Positions 53,548-64,000 of a stretch of DNA of 64,000 nt are shown here, piece by piece. The stretch spans positions 11,036,001 to 11,100,000 of the forward strand of contig OZ281498.1 in NCBI GenBank assembly GCA_965637545.1, read 5' to 3'. The position numbers and the translations under genes are program-made. The notes under the pieces are model-generated. The model made no database searches, was not told the DNA's origin, and saw only the letters and a program-made list of their open reading frames with translations. This DNA is from Phallusia mammillata. Its lineage: Eukaryota. Position 1 is the stretch's first letter. Every line of letters starts with the position of its first letter.

Positions 53548-53642
53548 ATGATGTCATACCGCGATCCTTCGTACCTCGCAGCCTCTCTCTCATCCGACGA
53601 AGATGACGATGACGTCATCTACCTTCCGGCGCTGACAGCAAG
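53548..53642 (+). CDS. Alternative first coding exon E, MMSYRDPSYLAASLSSDEDDDDVIYLPALTA
   Basis: ATG at 53548, perfect donor AG|gtaagt at 53643, phase 2, open frame. Confidence 0.7.
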
Positions 53643-56600
53643 GTAAGTGACGTTACAGGGCGAAACAGCGTGTGATGGCGACTGTATGATTGTGTGTGTG
53701 TTTGTATGTTTTAGTGTGTACCGTTATGGTCGTGAGACCTTCTACAACAGGTTGTTTAAACACCTGAGGCTTGAAGGCGTGCAGTTGCAAGTTTCAATAG
53801 ACCACATGCTTCCTGAGCAAATGTCCCAATGGTGATGTGTGTATTGCTTTTTCCGGCCTTGATTTTGTGTATTGCTTCGTAGATAAATCATGATCCAGTT
53901 CGCAATTGATACTTAACAAGGCGCCAAAACTGGCAGCGCTAGGCATTAAACATCCAAAAGTGGACAATATAAATTGAACTATTGCCCAACCGCGCAGCTG
54001 CTGAATAAAAAAAATCACCATTTTAAAATCTGCCATTTCTCCATGACGTAACAAAGCGCCGGCGCCGCATGCTTTAAAATCGATTCGACACTGAATTTTG
54101 TACGTGCACAAATCGACTACGTTCAAAGCACAATATTTCGTCACAATGAGTGTTCACGCGTCGTGTTATGAGGTCATTTTGTTTGATTGAAAGCCAGTTC
54201 ACGGATGGAAGTTGTTTGTGCGCGTATTTGTGCAAAAGGAAGCTGATAGTGTTCCGCAGTTATATTTCCTTCTCGGGAACATCCCATGCTAGCTGCTGTC
54301 AGTTCGCACCTGAACGATTTATAACCTGACCGGTACAAAAAACATCATTAAGCGTTTAGTTAATTTATATCCAAATCTCTACCAAGTTACAGTATTTTAT
54401 TGCAAACATTTAACCACTACTGCTTTTGTTATATGCTGGAAAAGCAATTCGACATTTACAACAAAATCACTGTTGTAATAATGTTTAAAACAAGCAGTTA
54501 CCCTACCCCTGCGCCTTTTACTCGTAACTTTCAAAATTTTATAAAAAAAATAAATTAATGTGGGAAAAAATATGTGTTGTGCATCATATTTGGTCACCCC
54601 TTATCGAAATGTCACACAGGTGGTCAATTAATCGTTTGGTGGTGCCATGACTTGAAAAAATCTAACACTCAGCCACATGTGGCGCTGAAGAGCCCTACTC
54701 GAATACGTCCATTGTTCACCTACATAGTTGTGATTGTGACGTATGAGTTGAATGTGCAGAGGCGATGGTGTGTTCCGCGTTGGCTTTTATTTCCGACTAG
54801 TTTTAAAAAAAACTATTTAGACATCCAGTCTCGCCACTGTAAACAGTTTTAACAGTTATTTGAAGAACCCAGGCTAGCAACAAAGTTTCTTTTGACTTAA
54901 GTAAAGAAAAAGAACGCGTTTATTGTCACGTCGCAGTCTTCTATTGTGTAAAGCAGCTTCAAACAACATTTTATATTCAAATGTGGCGGAAAGCAACATA
55001 AGAAGTGGTAGACTGTGACGTTATACCCAGCCGTTACGTCACAATGCGATGTGACTTCCTTCCGCTAACACATTCGAGTAGCACGATGTGATTTTTTGTC
55101 ACATTATGACAGCAGTCACGGTTAAAACTGAGAGCATAGTTTATTTTGTTTTGTGCACAGTTGTGGTGATCAATCAAAAGAAAGTACTAAAGTTAGTGAA
55201 GATTTTGTTGGTCAAAGATGATTTTGAAACATGTTAAAAATTATTGGTTTTATTTCAAAAGTTCTTAAAGTTTTTCTTCAAAGCCAACTTAACCATTATG
55301 ATGGAAAACTAAACTCAAATTAAAATCTACATCTTCGTGACGTATCTTCAGTATCAGTGTGAAGAAAGAGGTTTGAAAAATTATCGCAAAAATGTTAAGA
55401 ATGAGCATTCTGTGAGAGGCATGTAAAATTCCAATTTAAATTGCCCATACGTTTTTGTGTACCCCAATATCGACAATAGTTATTAAATCGCCCCATGCGC
55501 CTTATTAAAATCACGTCATGAACGGACATAAGGGGCAAAGGAAGGTTTTAATTTCCCTCGCGATTTTCTTGTTTGGTCGCTCGCCTTACCTGCGCCTTTT
55601 TCGCGCTATGGTGTCAAACTACGCACCTCAGCGGGCTGTGACATCACACTGTGCATTGTGACGTAACAAAAGTGCCCATAGTCACGCATCTGGGAGCGTG
55701 TAGAATAGAAAGGTACCGAGATTAAAGTGTTGCCTTTTGGAAAATGTCGCAAATTTAGTGTTTTTTTTAGGTTTGTTAAAGAGGTTTAATGTTATATAGA
55801 TGCAAATTTGCTAAATAAGAGAATAAAAAAGCTGCAGAAACTAAACTTTTTGATGCAAGGCCCCATCAAGATCAAAGCGAATCCGCCAAACGTCAGTTAA
55901 ACAAAATTAATTCTGCAAATTGAAATTAATTTTGAATCGACCATATTATCGAAGCTTATTTAATGCAAACAGATTTACGTTGAACCTTTATGTCCCTGTT
56001 TGACCCCTTGCAATCTCTTTGATGAAACCATCCCGCTAAGACTGTTCAGGCCCTTTTTTCTTATTTGCCCTTCTTGGCCCTCACGCCGCAAGCAATACCA
56101 AACACATGAACTTTTGCTCGTCAATAATTGACTTCTAGTATAGTTTATTTACGTTTCCCAACGCCGAGCAAATGTATGTTCGATCTTGTTTGCTCTAAGT
56201 GTTCACGTGAGACTCGTGTTTTCCAAGAAACTTGTGTTATTTTTGCCCAGACCCCCGATAAGGAAGTTTGAAAAAGTGGGATTGGTTCGTACCAGGACAG
56301 TTTTGCTTAAAAGCTGAGATTACCCGGTAGACAGTTTTAGAAACAAGGAAATAGGTTGGTTCAGAAATTTTCAATTTGGTGTTTTTGCTGTAAACAGGCA
56401 GACAGCTTAAAAATAGTAAGGAAAGTAAAGACATGAGTGTCAAGAAATTACTAGTGACACATACAGAAAATGTAAAAAAAATATATAGAAAACTTTGCAG
56501 TGATTAATGAAAGGCTATTTTATTTGATTAGTAGTTTTTGTTATGACCTAAAAGCTGGTTTAGAAACTTGCAAGACCGTTAGTTGTTGTTTTAAGTGCAT

Positions 56601-58030
56601 CAGACTGGTAACAGCTTTGGCGCTAATCAATAGTAGGAAACAACCGTGTTTGTCAATAGTAGATTCTTCCAATGTATTTTCTCTGCTAAATTTAGCAATT
56701 ACAGTCCCAAACAACAAAACAGCACCTAATTATATTTGACAATTCCCTTTGTTACGTCATAATTCGCCTATAGACTCATTGAGAATTCGCAACAATGGTT
56801 GTAACAATTCAATACCGGACGGGGGGCCTGTACTCAAGCACGTGCTTTATATTCCAGCTTAATCCGATACTGCAAATGTTTCGGCGCGACGTGTTGGTTT
56901 AGCTCGCTTGTGTATTTTGTAATCTGACCCCCAACTTATGTTATATGTAGGCTTTAACAAATTTAATCATGCTTACAGTACCTACGCCTCATAATCGTGG
57001 TCAAAACTTTCTTGTGTTTTCTTTTTGCGATTGAACATTTTTGGGTAAAAAAATACTGATGAATGGTTTTGTAGTCAATACCCACAAAAAAGGACGAAAT
57101 ATAAACCACAAGTAAACATCACCTATTGGCGTCTTTTGTAAAGTTAAGTTGGTTTGGAAAGTCAAACAAAAGTTAACGTACTTTGTCTGGTAACCTTTCC
57201 CGCTGTCACACTTGGTACGTCACTACGTTGGCTTTGTGACGTCACATTGAAAAAATATTTGTCTTGGACAACAACTTGAATGGTATAAGGGCTTTATTCA
57301 AAATTACTGTGCAAAATGCTTGATAGATTATTAAAACGCTTTTGCTTTTATGTTGATCAATAACATCGCGGAACATGCAACCGTTTCCGCATAATAAACA
57401 GTATGACGTCACAAACGCTAAATTGTGCCGCAATTGGTTATCGACCGATGAAATGTCGGTTTATTGCATGTCGCCGCATTCGTGCCAGCAAATTAATTCC
57501 AAAGTCATAATCTGAACAACAATCAGCTTCAGCTTATCGACCGGGAAAAGCAAAAGCTTAAAGCTAAAACATTCTAGGTTTACCCGGCCTGGAATTGTTT
57601 TTTGTTGTTATTAAATTCCCGTTGGTCGGTATGACTAAGGACACCTGGTGCGTTATAATCCGTCCATTCGTTATGACATCACAATAGATCCATTGTGATT
57701 CGATACACAAAGTGGAATGCGTTTTTTCTGTTAAGATGTTTTTGGAAAAAAGAATAGTCGTTTAAGTAAAGTTTGGTGAAAAACGTTTTTTACCGGCCCA
57801 GCATTCGTGTCAAATAAATTGGTCGAAGCATTTGTACTATATTCTGTGATACATAAAGTGTTCGCTGTGCGTTTTGCTTAATGATGTTGAAAATGCAGGT
57901 TTTTGAGTAACACATGAGTTATGTTTAGGAAAAAGTGTGAATGGTTTGGTGTATGAGTGCATAAAGGGTGTGTGTCAGAAGCTGTTTCGCCCTGTCACAT
58001 AAAACAACCCAACCATTGATGGTTGTTCAG

Positions 58031-58498
58031 TGCCGGAGCAGAAGACCAGGAAGATATCCCTTTTCCATTCTCTCCGACCATTCATTGGCCGATTCCAAGC
58101 GCAAAATCACGAAAGCTTGTGTCTCGGGCGAGCACAGAAAGCCTTGGAAATTTTTCTGCCCCTTCTGGTGAGAGCGAAGCAGCTTTCCACTTCCATCAGA
58201 GTCATGGAGTTCGCAGGATTCGAAGTCTAGGACCCGGAGATAAAACGCAAGTGGGTCGTCTCCGTCAAAGACGCGCGGCGGTCTCAGCAGCGACCTCTAT
58301 CGACCAGCCTGGTGTGAATGAATCGACTCTTGAAGAGGGAATAGCGATAGATCAGTTTGGAATGCCGATGAAGAAGAACACGATGCGGATAACCGCTCGA
58401 TTCATAGGTTCCCTGCAGAAGCATTCGGCGCAAAAGTCAAAGGCTGAGAGGGTGGCAAAGGCTGCTGCACTTGCTACTTACCTGAGCAACCCTAGAAG
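58031..58498 (+). CDS. Alternative coding exon F (468 nt, phase 2-2)
   Basis: 159-codon ORF preceded by an in-frame stop at 58017. Acceptor ttgttcAG ends at 58030; donor AG|gtagcg at 58499; in frame with exon 58850. First in-frame ATG only at 58362. Confidence 0.6.
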
Positions 58499-58849
58499 GT
58501 AGCGACCAAAAATGAGGTTTTGTTAACCACAAGTTGGCGCCCGTGCGCATTGGAAAGGTTATAGGTCTTATAGATAGCAAAATCACTTGTCTGAAAAGTC
58601 ATACTACCTTTCACAAATGTCTAGGTGTTGAATGACAACACATTGTTGAAAAAAAAACAGTCTTGTAAAACCATTTAAAATTGTCTGAGGGTTATTTCAC
58701 ACTACACACTCATACAAAATAATTTATACTTTGGAACACAATGTGTGTTCACTTCGATCCTTCAACGGGTTTTGCATTAAACTTGTCAGTTACGTTTGAT
58801 TGTGGTTTACGTATTTCTGAACTAATATCTCAAACATTTACTTCTACAG

Positions 58850-58910
58850 CAAAGAGTCGGATGGCGGTGTTTTATGCGACCCTTGTTCTGATGACGCCTC
58901 CAATGACAAG
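58850..58910 (+). CDS. LIM domain exon 3, KESDGGVLCDPCSDDASNDK
   Basis: Acceptor cttctacAG, donor AG|gtaagt, phase 2-0; supplies the final C-x2-C. Confidence 0.88.
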
Positions 58911-59471
58911 GTAAGTTATATCTGGCAAAATTTTGTTATTGTAGCTATGTTTTTGTTGCTGAATAGAGTGTGTGCTTGCTACTGTCTTGCTGTAACATCT
59001 GGATACAGTCGGGAAAAAAAAACAGTGATAAAAACCATTGTGTATGAAAAGCCCAACAACTTTCATAAAATCTTTTGTTGTTCTGTTTGTATTTTCGACT
59101 GTAGACAGTACAACAAACAGTATTTTAGTTTAGCTGTTTAACTGTAGTGGCCTTGTCATGCGAGTGTAGTCAACCTTAGTGTGTTTGTGTGTGCGTGTGT
59201 TGGATTGTCGAGTGCCACACATGATTTCTATGTTTCAATCCACACGCCGATTCGTGTAATCGTCGACCTTAGCGGAACCCGCTGACACATATAATTTGTT
59301 GCATGCGCCGATTCGATATGAGTTATCACAACCACATGTTACTTTTGCCATCAACCAACACCCAACCCTCTCTCACTCGTCGCCACAGCGTATTATGACG
59401 TCAAGAGTCGATTTGTCCTCCATGTGTTTGTTTTTTGTGCTTGTATTTCTACTTGTTGTGTCTTGTTGTAG

Positions 59472-59507
59472 GCCGATGACCTTATCGCCATGCTCGAAAA
59501 AATGCAG
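59472..59507 (+). CDS. RAP1GAP: GoLoco motif exon 1, ADDLIAMLEKMQ
   Basis: Acceptor tcttgttgtAG, donor AG|gtaaga; matches human Rap1GAP DLFEMIEKMQ. Confidence 0.92.
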
Positions 59508-59531
59508 GTAAGAATTTCTAGCAAACGCGTG

Positions 59532-59582
59532 TGACCTCGGGTGACCCCGATGACGCGCATACAGTATGACCTCGGGTGACCC
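59532..59582 (-). promoter_or_regulatory. Two identical DR4-type nuclear receptor elements
   Basis: TGACCT-cggg-TGACCC at 59532-59547 and 59567-59582 (GGGTCA-n4-AGGTCA on the minus strand). Confidence 0.45.
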
Positions 59583-61365
59583 CTGGGTGGTAGAGTCTTC
59601 CACGTCTGGTGGTCGACACTAAAAAATAGAATGTATAAAAAAGATAACATGGATTTTGTCATGTTCACAACTTAAACGCCAAGAACGCGTTAACGTGCAT
59701 GTGTAAAGCCTAAAAGATTTCTTAAACCCAAAAGTTTCGCATGAATTTCCTGAGTAAATGAGCATGTATTCCTAAATCGATTCTGCGCTGTCAAAATTCA
59801 CTAAAGGCATTGATCTAAACACTTGAGCAACAGCATAGGTTTAAAAAATAGTGTTATAATCTTAATGATCGCTAGGAAATCAATATTATCAATCTATCTA
59901 GTCTCATCAATGTGGCAAGCAGTCGATTTAAGTAGCACAAAAAACGCACTCTCCGCAGTTTTGTTTTTACATGAAGATGCTGTTAAACAACTTGAACAAA
60001 AAAAAGCACAGGTAAAACTGAAGAAAAGGTAAAAATGTGATTTGTACAGTGACAAAAATAAGCCTACAGGTTTTGAGTGAAATCAGTGCATTTAGTCTTG
60101 AATTTTTGTGAGAAGTATACGTTGATAAACATAAACCGCATCTGTCCCTTGAAAAGAATAATTGTTCTTGCCATTAACCTCTGGAATATAGAAACATCTT
60201 TCAAGGAATAGAATCAGTTGAAACGTGCAGAAGTTGTATTTGAATTAGATAACATTGTCAGTTCCTTATTCAAATAGAATCAAGTAAGCTTTGTCTGATA
60301 CACAGTTAAGGTTAGAAATACTGTTACAATTTTCTGTGCCTTCTTTGATCTGGCCTTGCAGAAATTTTCCATTCAACATATCACTTACGATTAATAGCAA
60401 TCTTAAAATGGATGGAGAAATAATTTTACGTTCCTTTCAATGCCTCTCGTTAACGCACACTGAGGTATTCAGGGGAGAAATATACATTTTTTCTGGTAAT
60501 TAAACAACCACCGGCCATAATCAATAAATTCAAGCACTCACAACACATCACATCAGCCTCTTGGGTCCGTTTCTCGCAAAACGCCCACATTTCGGCCTTT
60601 GTTGATCTATTTTTAACTGGTTATGTGTTTGTGGAGCTCCCCGCCGCACAGCTGGTCCATGTTTTTCTAAGTGTGGGCAACTGTACGGTTTCTTACCTCA
60701 AATCCAATTGCTAAGCAATGTATGTGAAGCAATCTGAAGATTACAAAGCAGTTAGTAGCAAAGCGTTATAGTTCAGCACAGTATTGGTGTTGCTACACAG
60801 TCTGCTTGCGGTTTGTCGAATCAATTTCTTTAGGGACGCAAATGGTTTACGAGATATACGCTTCGGGTTTATCGCTGTATCAGTTCTTGTCAGGCTTTTC
60901 ACATCGAACGAGCGGTTGATTTTGATTCAGTGCAGGTTTTTTGCTACGCTGTGAATGTCTTTCGACTTTAGTGCAAAGGAGTAGTGTTCTACAATATTGT
61001 ATAATGTTGTACGATTCTAAGCTATAGACAAACCTGTTGTTTAGAATTTGACAGCAAGAGAGCCACCTAAAGGAGTAACTATTTCAGGGACTAGTAAAGG
61101 CGTCAGATTAAAAAGGTGCGATTTTGATCGATGTAGAGCATTTTCTTAGGTACAGTTGTTTTTTATTGTTAGTCGGTTAAATCACAACCAGATAGAAGAC
61201 AAACAGTGGCAGTGTTTGTTTTTATTCCAATCTTAACAGTTGCTGACTATGACGTAACAATCAACACAACGGATGTTTCATCTTGGTCATCGCGTAGTGG
61301 GCAGCTCTTGACCGCTAACTTCCTCTCTATGCGGAAGCAACCCCTTTGTTATCGCACCTCGCGTT

Positions 61366-61392
61366 ATGACGTCACAGTTCAACTCCCGCGAC
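61366..61392 (+). CDS. Candidate short alternative first exon G, MTSQFNSRD
   Basis: ATG overlapping TGACGTCA, donor AC|gtgagc in phase 0, in frame with exon 62658; lies in a GC-richer promoter-like patch. Confidence 0.35.
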
Positions 61393-62581
61393 GTGAGCAA
61401 ACGAGGAAAGACGAGGCCAACAAACAAATGAGGAATGTGTGAATTTTCGACGGGAGTTCAGAGACGTTAGTTATTTGGTGGAGTCAAAATTTGCCCCTTT
61501 CTTTTCTCACGTTAACTTTTCACGTTTGTCGATTCTCCTGGAACTAGAAGTTCACCTTTCGTGATGGTTTGCGCTGTTAGATCACGCGTTACAGGTTCCA
61601 AACAGGGAGTGAAGCTACTGCGCCTGTAGTACAGCACTTTGCCATTAAGTATGCTCATAAGGGGGAAATTATTATACGTATTCTATTGATGTTTACTTGA
61701 AAGATATTGTACTGTTATAGAACTGTTTTAACAGACACCTAGTCAGAAATGACTGTAAGACATTATACAGCTGTAGTTATACTGGATTGCCAGATAGCAT
61801 TTTATAGTGACGGTGAAAATTGACACAGTCAGTAGGTACAAATGGTGACCATACAAGCTTGAGATTTTGTCAACAGTTGTGTTGTTATATTTGTGTTTGT
61901 AATAGGCAGCAGTAATTGTAGGAAAGTAGGGACATTTTCGGAAACATGAAATGCGGAGAGTGCGCAAATATTCAAGAAGTTTTCGTTCCGCAGTCAAATA
62001 CCCAAATACGGTGAGATACTTCAAATAACAGAACATAATTTAAAATGGAGACCGAGAAATAAGGGTAAATAAAGGAATACTCCTTTTAAGATAGCACAAG
62101 TTGTCAAACTTGAAAACGTTACCGAATTTCCCACTCCAAAATACCTATTTATCAATGGCCTCAACGTAATATGGTAGTAGCTTGGTTGGCCTAAAGTTGC
62201 AATACCTTGGAAATGTCAAATTATTGATTTTGTTGAATGGTCGTTAGATTTGACGTAGCTTTGATTTCCTTCCCCATAAATCGAGCTCATGAAACAGCAA
62301 TTCAAACAAGTTTGTGGAATAGTCAGTTTTACTTCTGTGGCAGAGTATATCAACTTTACGAACACCATAAACCATTACGTTTTCTTCCGTTTATTTAGGC
62401 TAACCCACTCAGTACCGTTTTTCAAATATAAGACGACATTTGTCGAAACCAGGGAAAGAGCCATTATATTAAAACTTCACAAAACAACTTTGAAGATCAA
62501 TACAGTTTAGAAATCGGTTTCAAACGTTTTCGTAAAGATACATTTTTATAATTGTCATACGTCATCACATTGACGTGTCCA

Positions 62582-62595
62582 ATCTCCATGGAAAC
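62582..62595. promoter_or_regulatory. RFX X-box-like element
   Basis: ATCTCCATGGAAAC fits RTHNYYWTRRNRAC; next to TGACGTCA (62600) and a YY1-like AACATGGCG. Confidence 0.4.
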
Positions 62596-62657
62596 GTGTT
62601 GACGTCAACATGGCGCCGTGCGGTTGTTGATAGTTTGTGTTTTCGTGTTTTTCAAAG

Positions 62658-62720
62658 GCGACACGCATGGATGAGCAGCGCTGTTCTCTTCGACTTCCTG
62701 TCCCCACCAACGACAACCAG
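62658..62720 (+). CDS. RAP1GAP: GoLoco motif exon 2, ATRMDEQRCSLRLPVPTNDNQ
   Basis: Acceptor ttttcaAAG, donor AG|gtctgt, phase 0-0; RMDEQRCS is identical to human Rap1GAP. Confidence 0.92.
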
Positions 62721-62756
62721 GTCTGTCTTTACCCCGGTTTACCCCCATTTACGGGC

Positions 62757-62767
62757 GGGAAATTCCC
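62757..62767. promoter_or_regulatory. NF-kappaB-type site
   Basis: GGGAAATTCCC, 37 bp into the intron after exon 62658; motif match only. Confidence 0.25.
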
Positions 62768-63368
62768 TAAGCGACCCCTAACCCAGTCGCATATTTTTAT
62801 TATCTAACGTCATTAGGTTATGACGTCACATTGACGTCAGATTCTATTCTATGGCTCGGTTCGAATTTCGATTTAATATCCTCTTTTTCTTTTCATGAAA
62901 TTTGCCTTTTTACTAACTCGAAATAATGAATTTGAGTTTTAAAAAAACAAATTAATCAAATTGATCGAAATTGACCACAGTAACAATCGACAGTTGTTGT
63001 TTCAATTCACTCTGAAACAACGAGATAATAATTTGTTTTGTTTATTTTTGCTGCATGAAGTTTTCTAGCTGAGCGTAGTTGTGTGTGTTTGTTTTTTGTG
63101 TAGTTGTTGCTGCGTGTGATTTCCACGCTTTTTATACGAAAATCACTGTGCTGCTGTCGTTGTGTGATTGTACGATGTCGCTTGTTGCGATATTAACTTA
63201 AAATTTACTAAATTTTAAGTTCGTTTTAAAGCAATGTATAAAAGCGAGTTCCTTATGAAACCAGTCGAAATATCATAAACAGTGTTTGAGTTTAAAAATT
63301 CCGCACAATTTTATTTTGCGAAACACTACTATTAGAACAGCCCCATAACCCCTAAATTACCCCTACAG

Positions 63369-63602
63369 CCTGACGCTCCAACCCCACTGTATCCATCAAT
63401 CAACGAGGTGCTGCGCAACGGAGCCCCCTACGCCCAGGTTATTCCCCCTCCGCATGGGGGATACTGGGCTCAGGGATTTCACCCCGACTCTCCCCACCTC
63501 CGTGTCGACCCCGATGAGCTCCAGTGCGTCGTCGGCTCCTACGTCAGCCATATCCACAAAGATGACGTCACTACGGCTTATCGCGAGCATTTTGTTGGAA
63601 AG
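63369..63602 (+). CDS. RAP1GAP: Rap1GAP exon, start of the conserved dimerization/catalytic region
   Basis: Acceptor ccctacAG, donor AG|gtaaat; PDAPTPLYPSINEVLRNGAPYAQVIPPPHGGYWAQG...AYREHFVGK aligns with Rap1GAP YPSVHEVL...GGYWIEG...IYRKHFLGK. Confidence 0.95.
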
Positions 63603-63751
63603 GTAAATATATCTGAAAATGGAGTCATAAAACGTAGTTTGCCGTAACAAGAATAAACTGAAAGTAAACTGTAGTGCTCTGTCCCAGACAAATGCTAGGG
63701 GTGCTTTTGTACCCCCAGTGTACCATATCATCTTCAAACTACCGCTTAGTG

Positions 63752-63830
63752 CAGGGTTCACCAAACTTTTTTCACTGCGGGCCGGATAAGTTTCATAATA
63801 ATTCGCGCGGGCCGGACAGTTTACATGCCC
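63752..63830 (+). mobile_element. Left end of a hAT (Charlie-like) MITE; right end not found
   Basis: CAGGGTTCACCAAACTTTTTTCACTGCGGGCCGG resembles the left end of the 24090 element; repeated GCGGGCCGGA; preceded by GCTTAGTG. Confidence 0.5.
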
Positions 63831-64000
63831 CAGCGCAGTCTTTGCGAACTTAGCCCGCAAGGCGACTTTGATAGGGGCGCCAAGATATGCTCTTTCTATA
63901 ATCCCATTAAAATCTGGTCTCATCTTACAAGCAACGCTTGTATATTACGTCACAAGTGACCAAAGAAAGCAATTGTTTGCGCACAATTAACACTTTTAGT

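Larger units (their letters stand above)
523..63602 (+). other. RAP1GAP: Gene model (5' portion): Rap1 GTPase-activating protein with LIM and GoLoco modules and multiple alternative first exons
   Basis: Phase-compatible exon chain 5311-6020, 6480-6562, 7099-7237, 7610-7732, 15098-15226, 45586-45618, 58850-58910, 59472-59507, 62658-62720, 63369-63602 translates without stops. It ends in DDLIAMLEKMQ-ATRMDEQRCS...YPSINEVL...GGYW...YREHFVGK, matching the human Rap1GAP N-terminus (DLFEMIEKMQGSRMDEQRCS...YPSVHEVL...GGYW...YRKHFLGK). Confidence 0.92.

Noticed and set aside
63396-63923. 175-aa minus-strand ORF
   Set aside because: Overlaps the Rap1GAP exon in antisense and runs through a MITE fragment; a shadow ORF.

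Overview
This is AT-rich eukaryotic genomic DNA from an invertebrate; an ascidian or other non-vertebrate chordate is my inference only. Nearly the whole window is the intron-rich 5' half of one + strand gene, a Rap1GAP homolog. I assembled by hand a chain of AG/GT-bounded exons whose phases all match. The chain encodes a LINE ORF1p-like coiled coil plus RRM (5311-6020), low-complexity linkers, a complete LIM domain split over three exons about 44 kb apart, a GoLoco motif split over two exons, and the start of the Rap1GAP catalytic region (63369-63602). The gene continues past the right edge and probably starts left of the window (exon 523-606). The two large introns inside the LIM domain hold at least five ORF-bearing exons ending in phase-2 donors. 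These would swap N-termini and remove the LIM domain. The introns also carry non-autonomous hAT elements with 8-bp target-site duplications, short repeats, a possible LINE RT fossil, and many TGACGTCA, X-box and nuclear-receptor-type motifs. I found no rRNA, tRNA or CRISPR array. All splice models are predictions and need transcript data.
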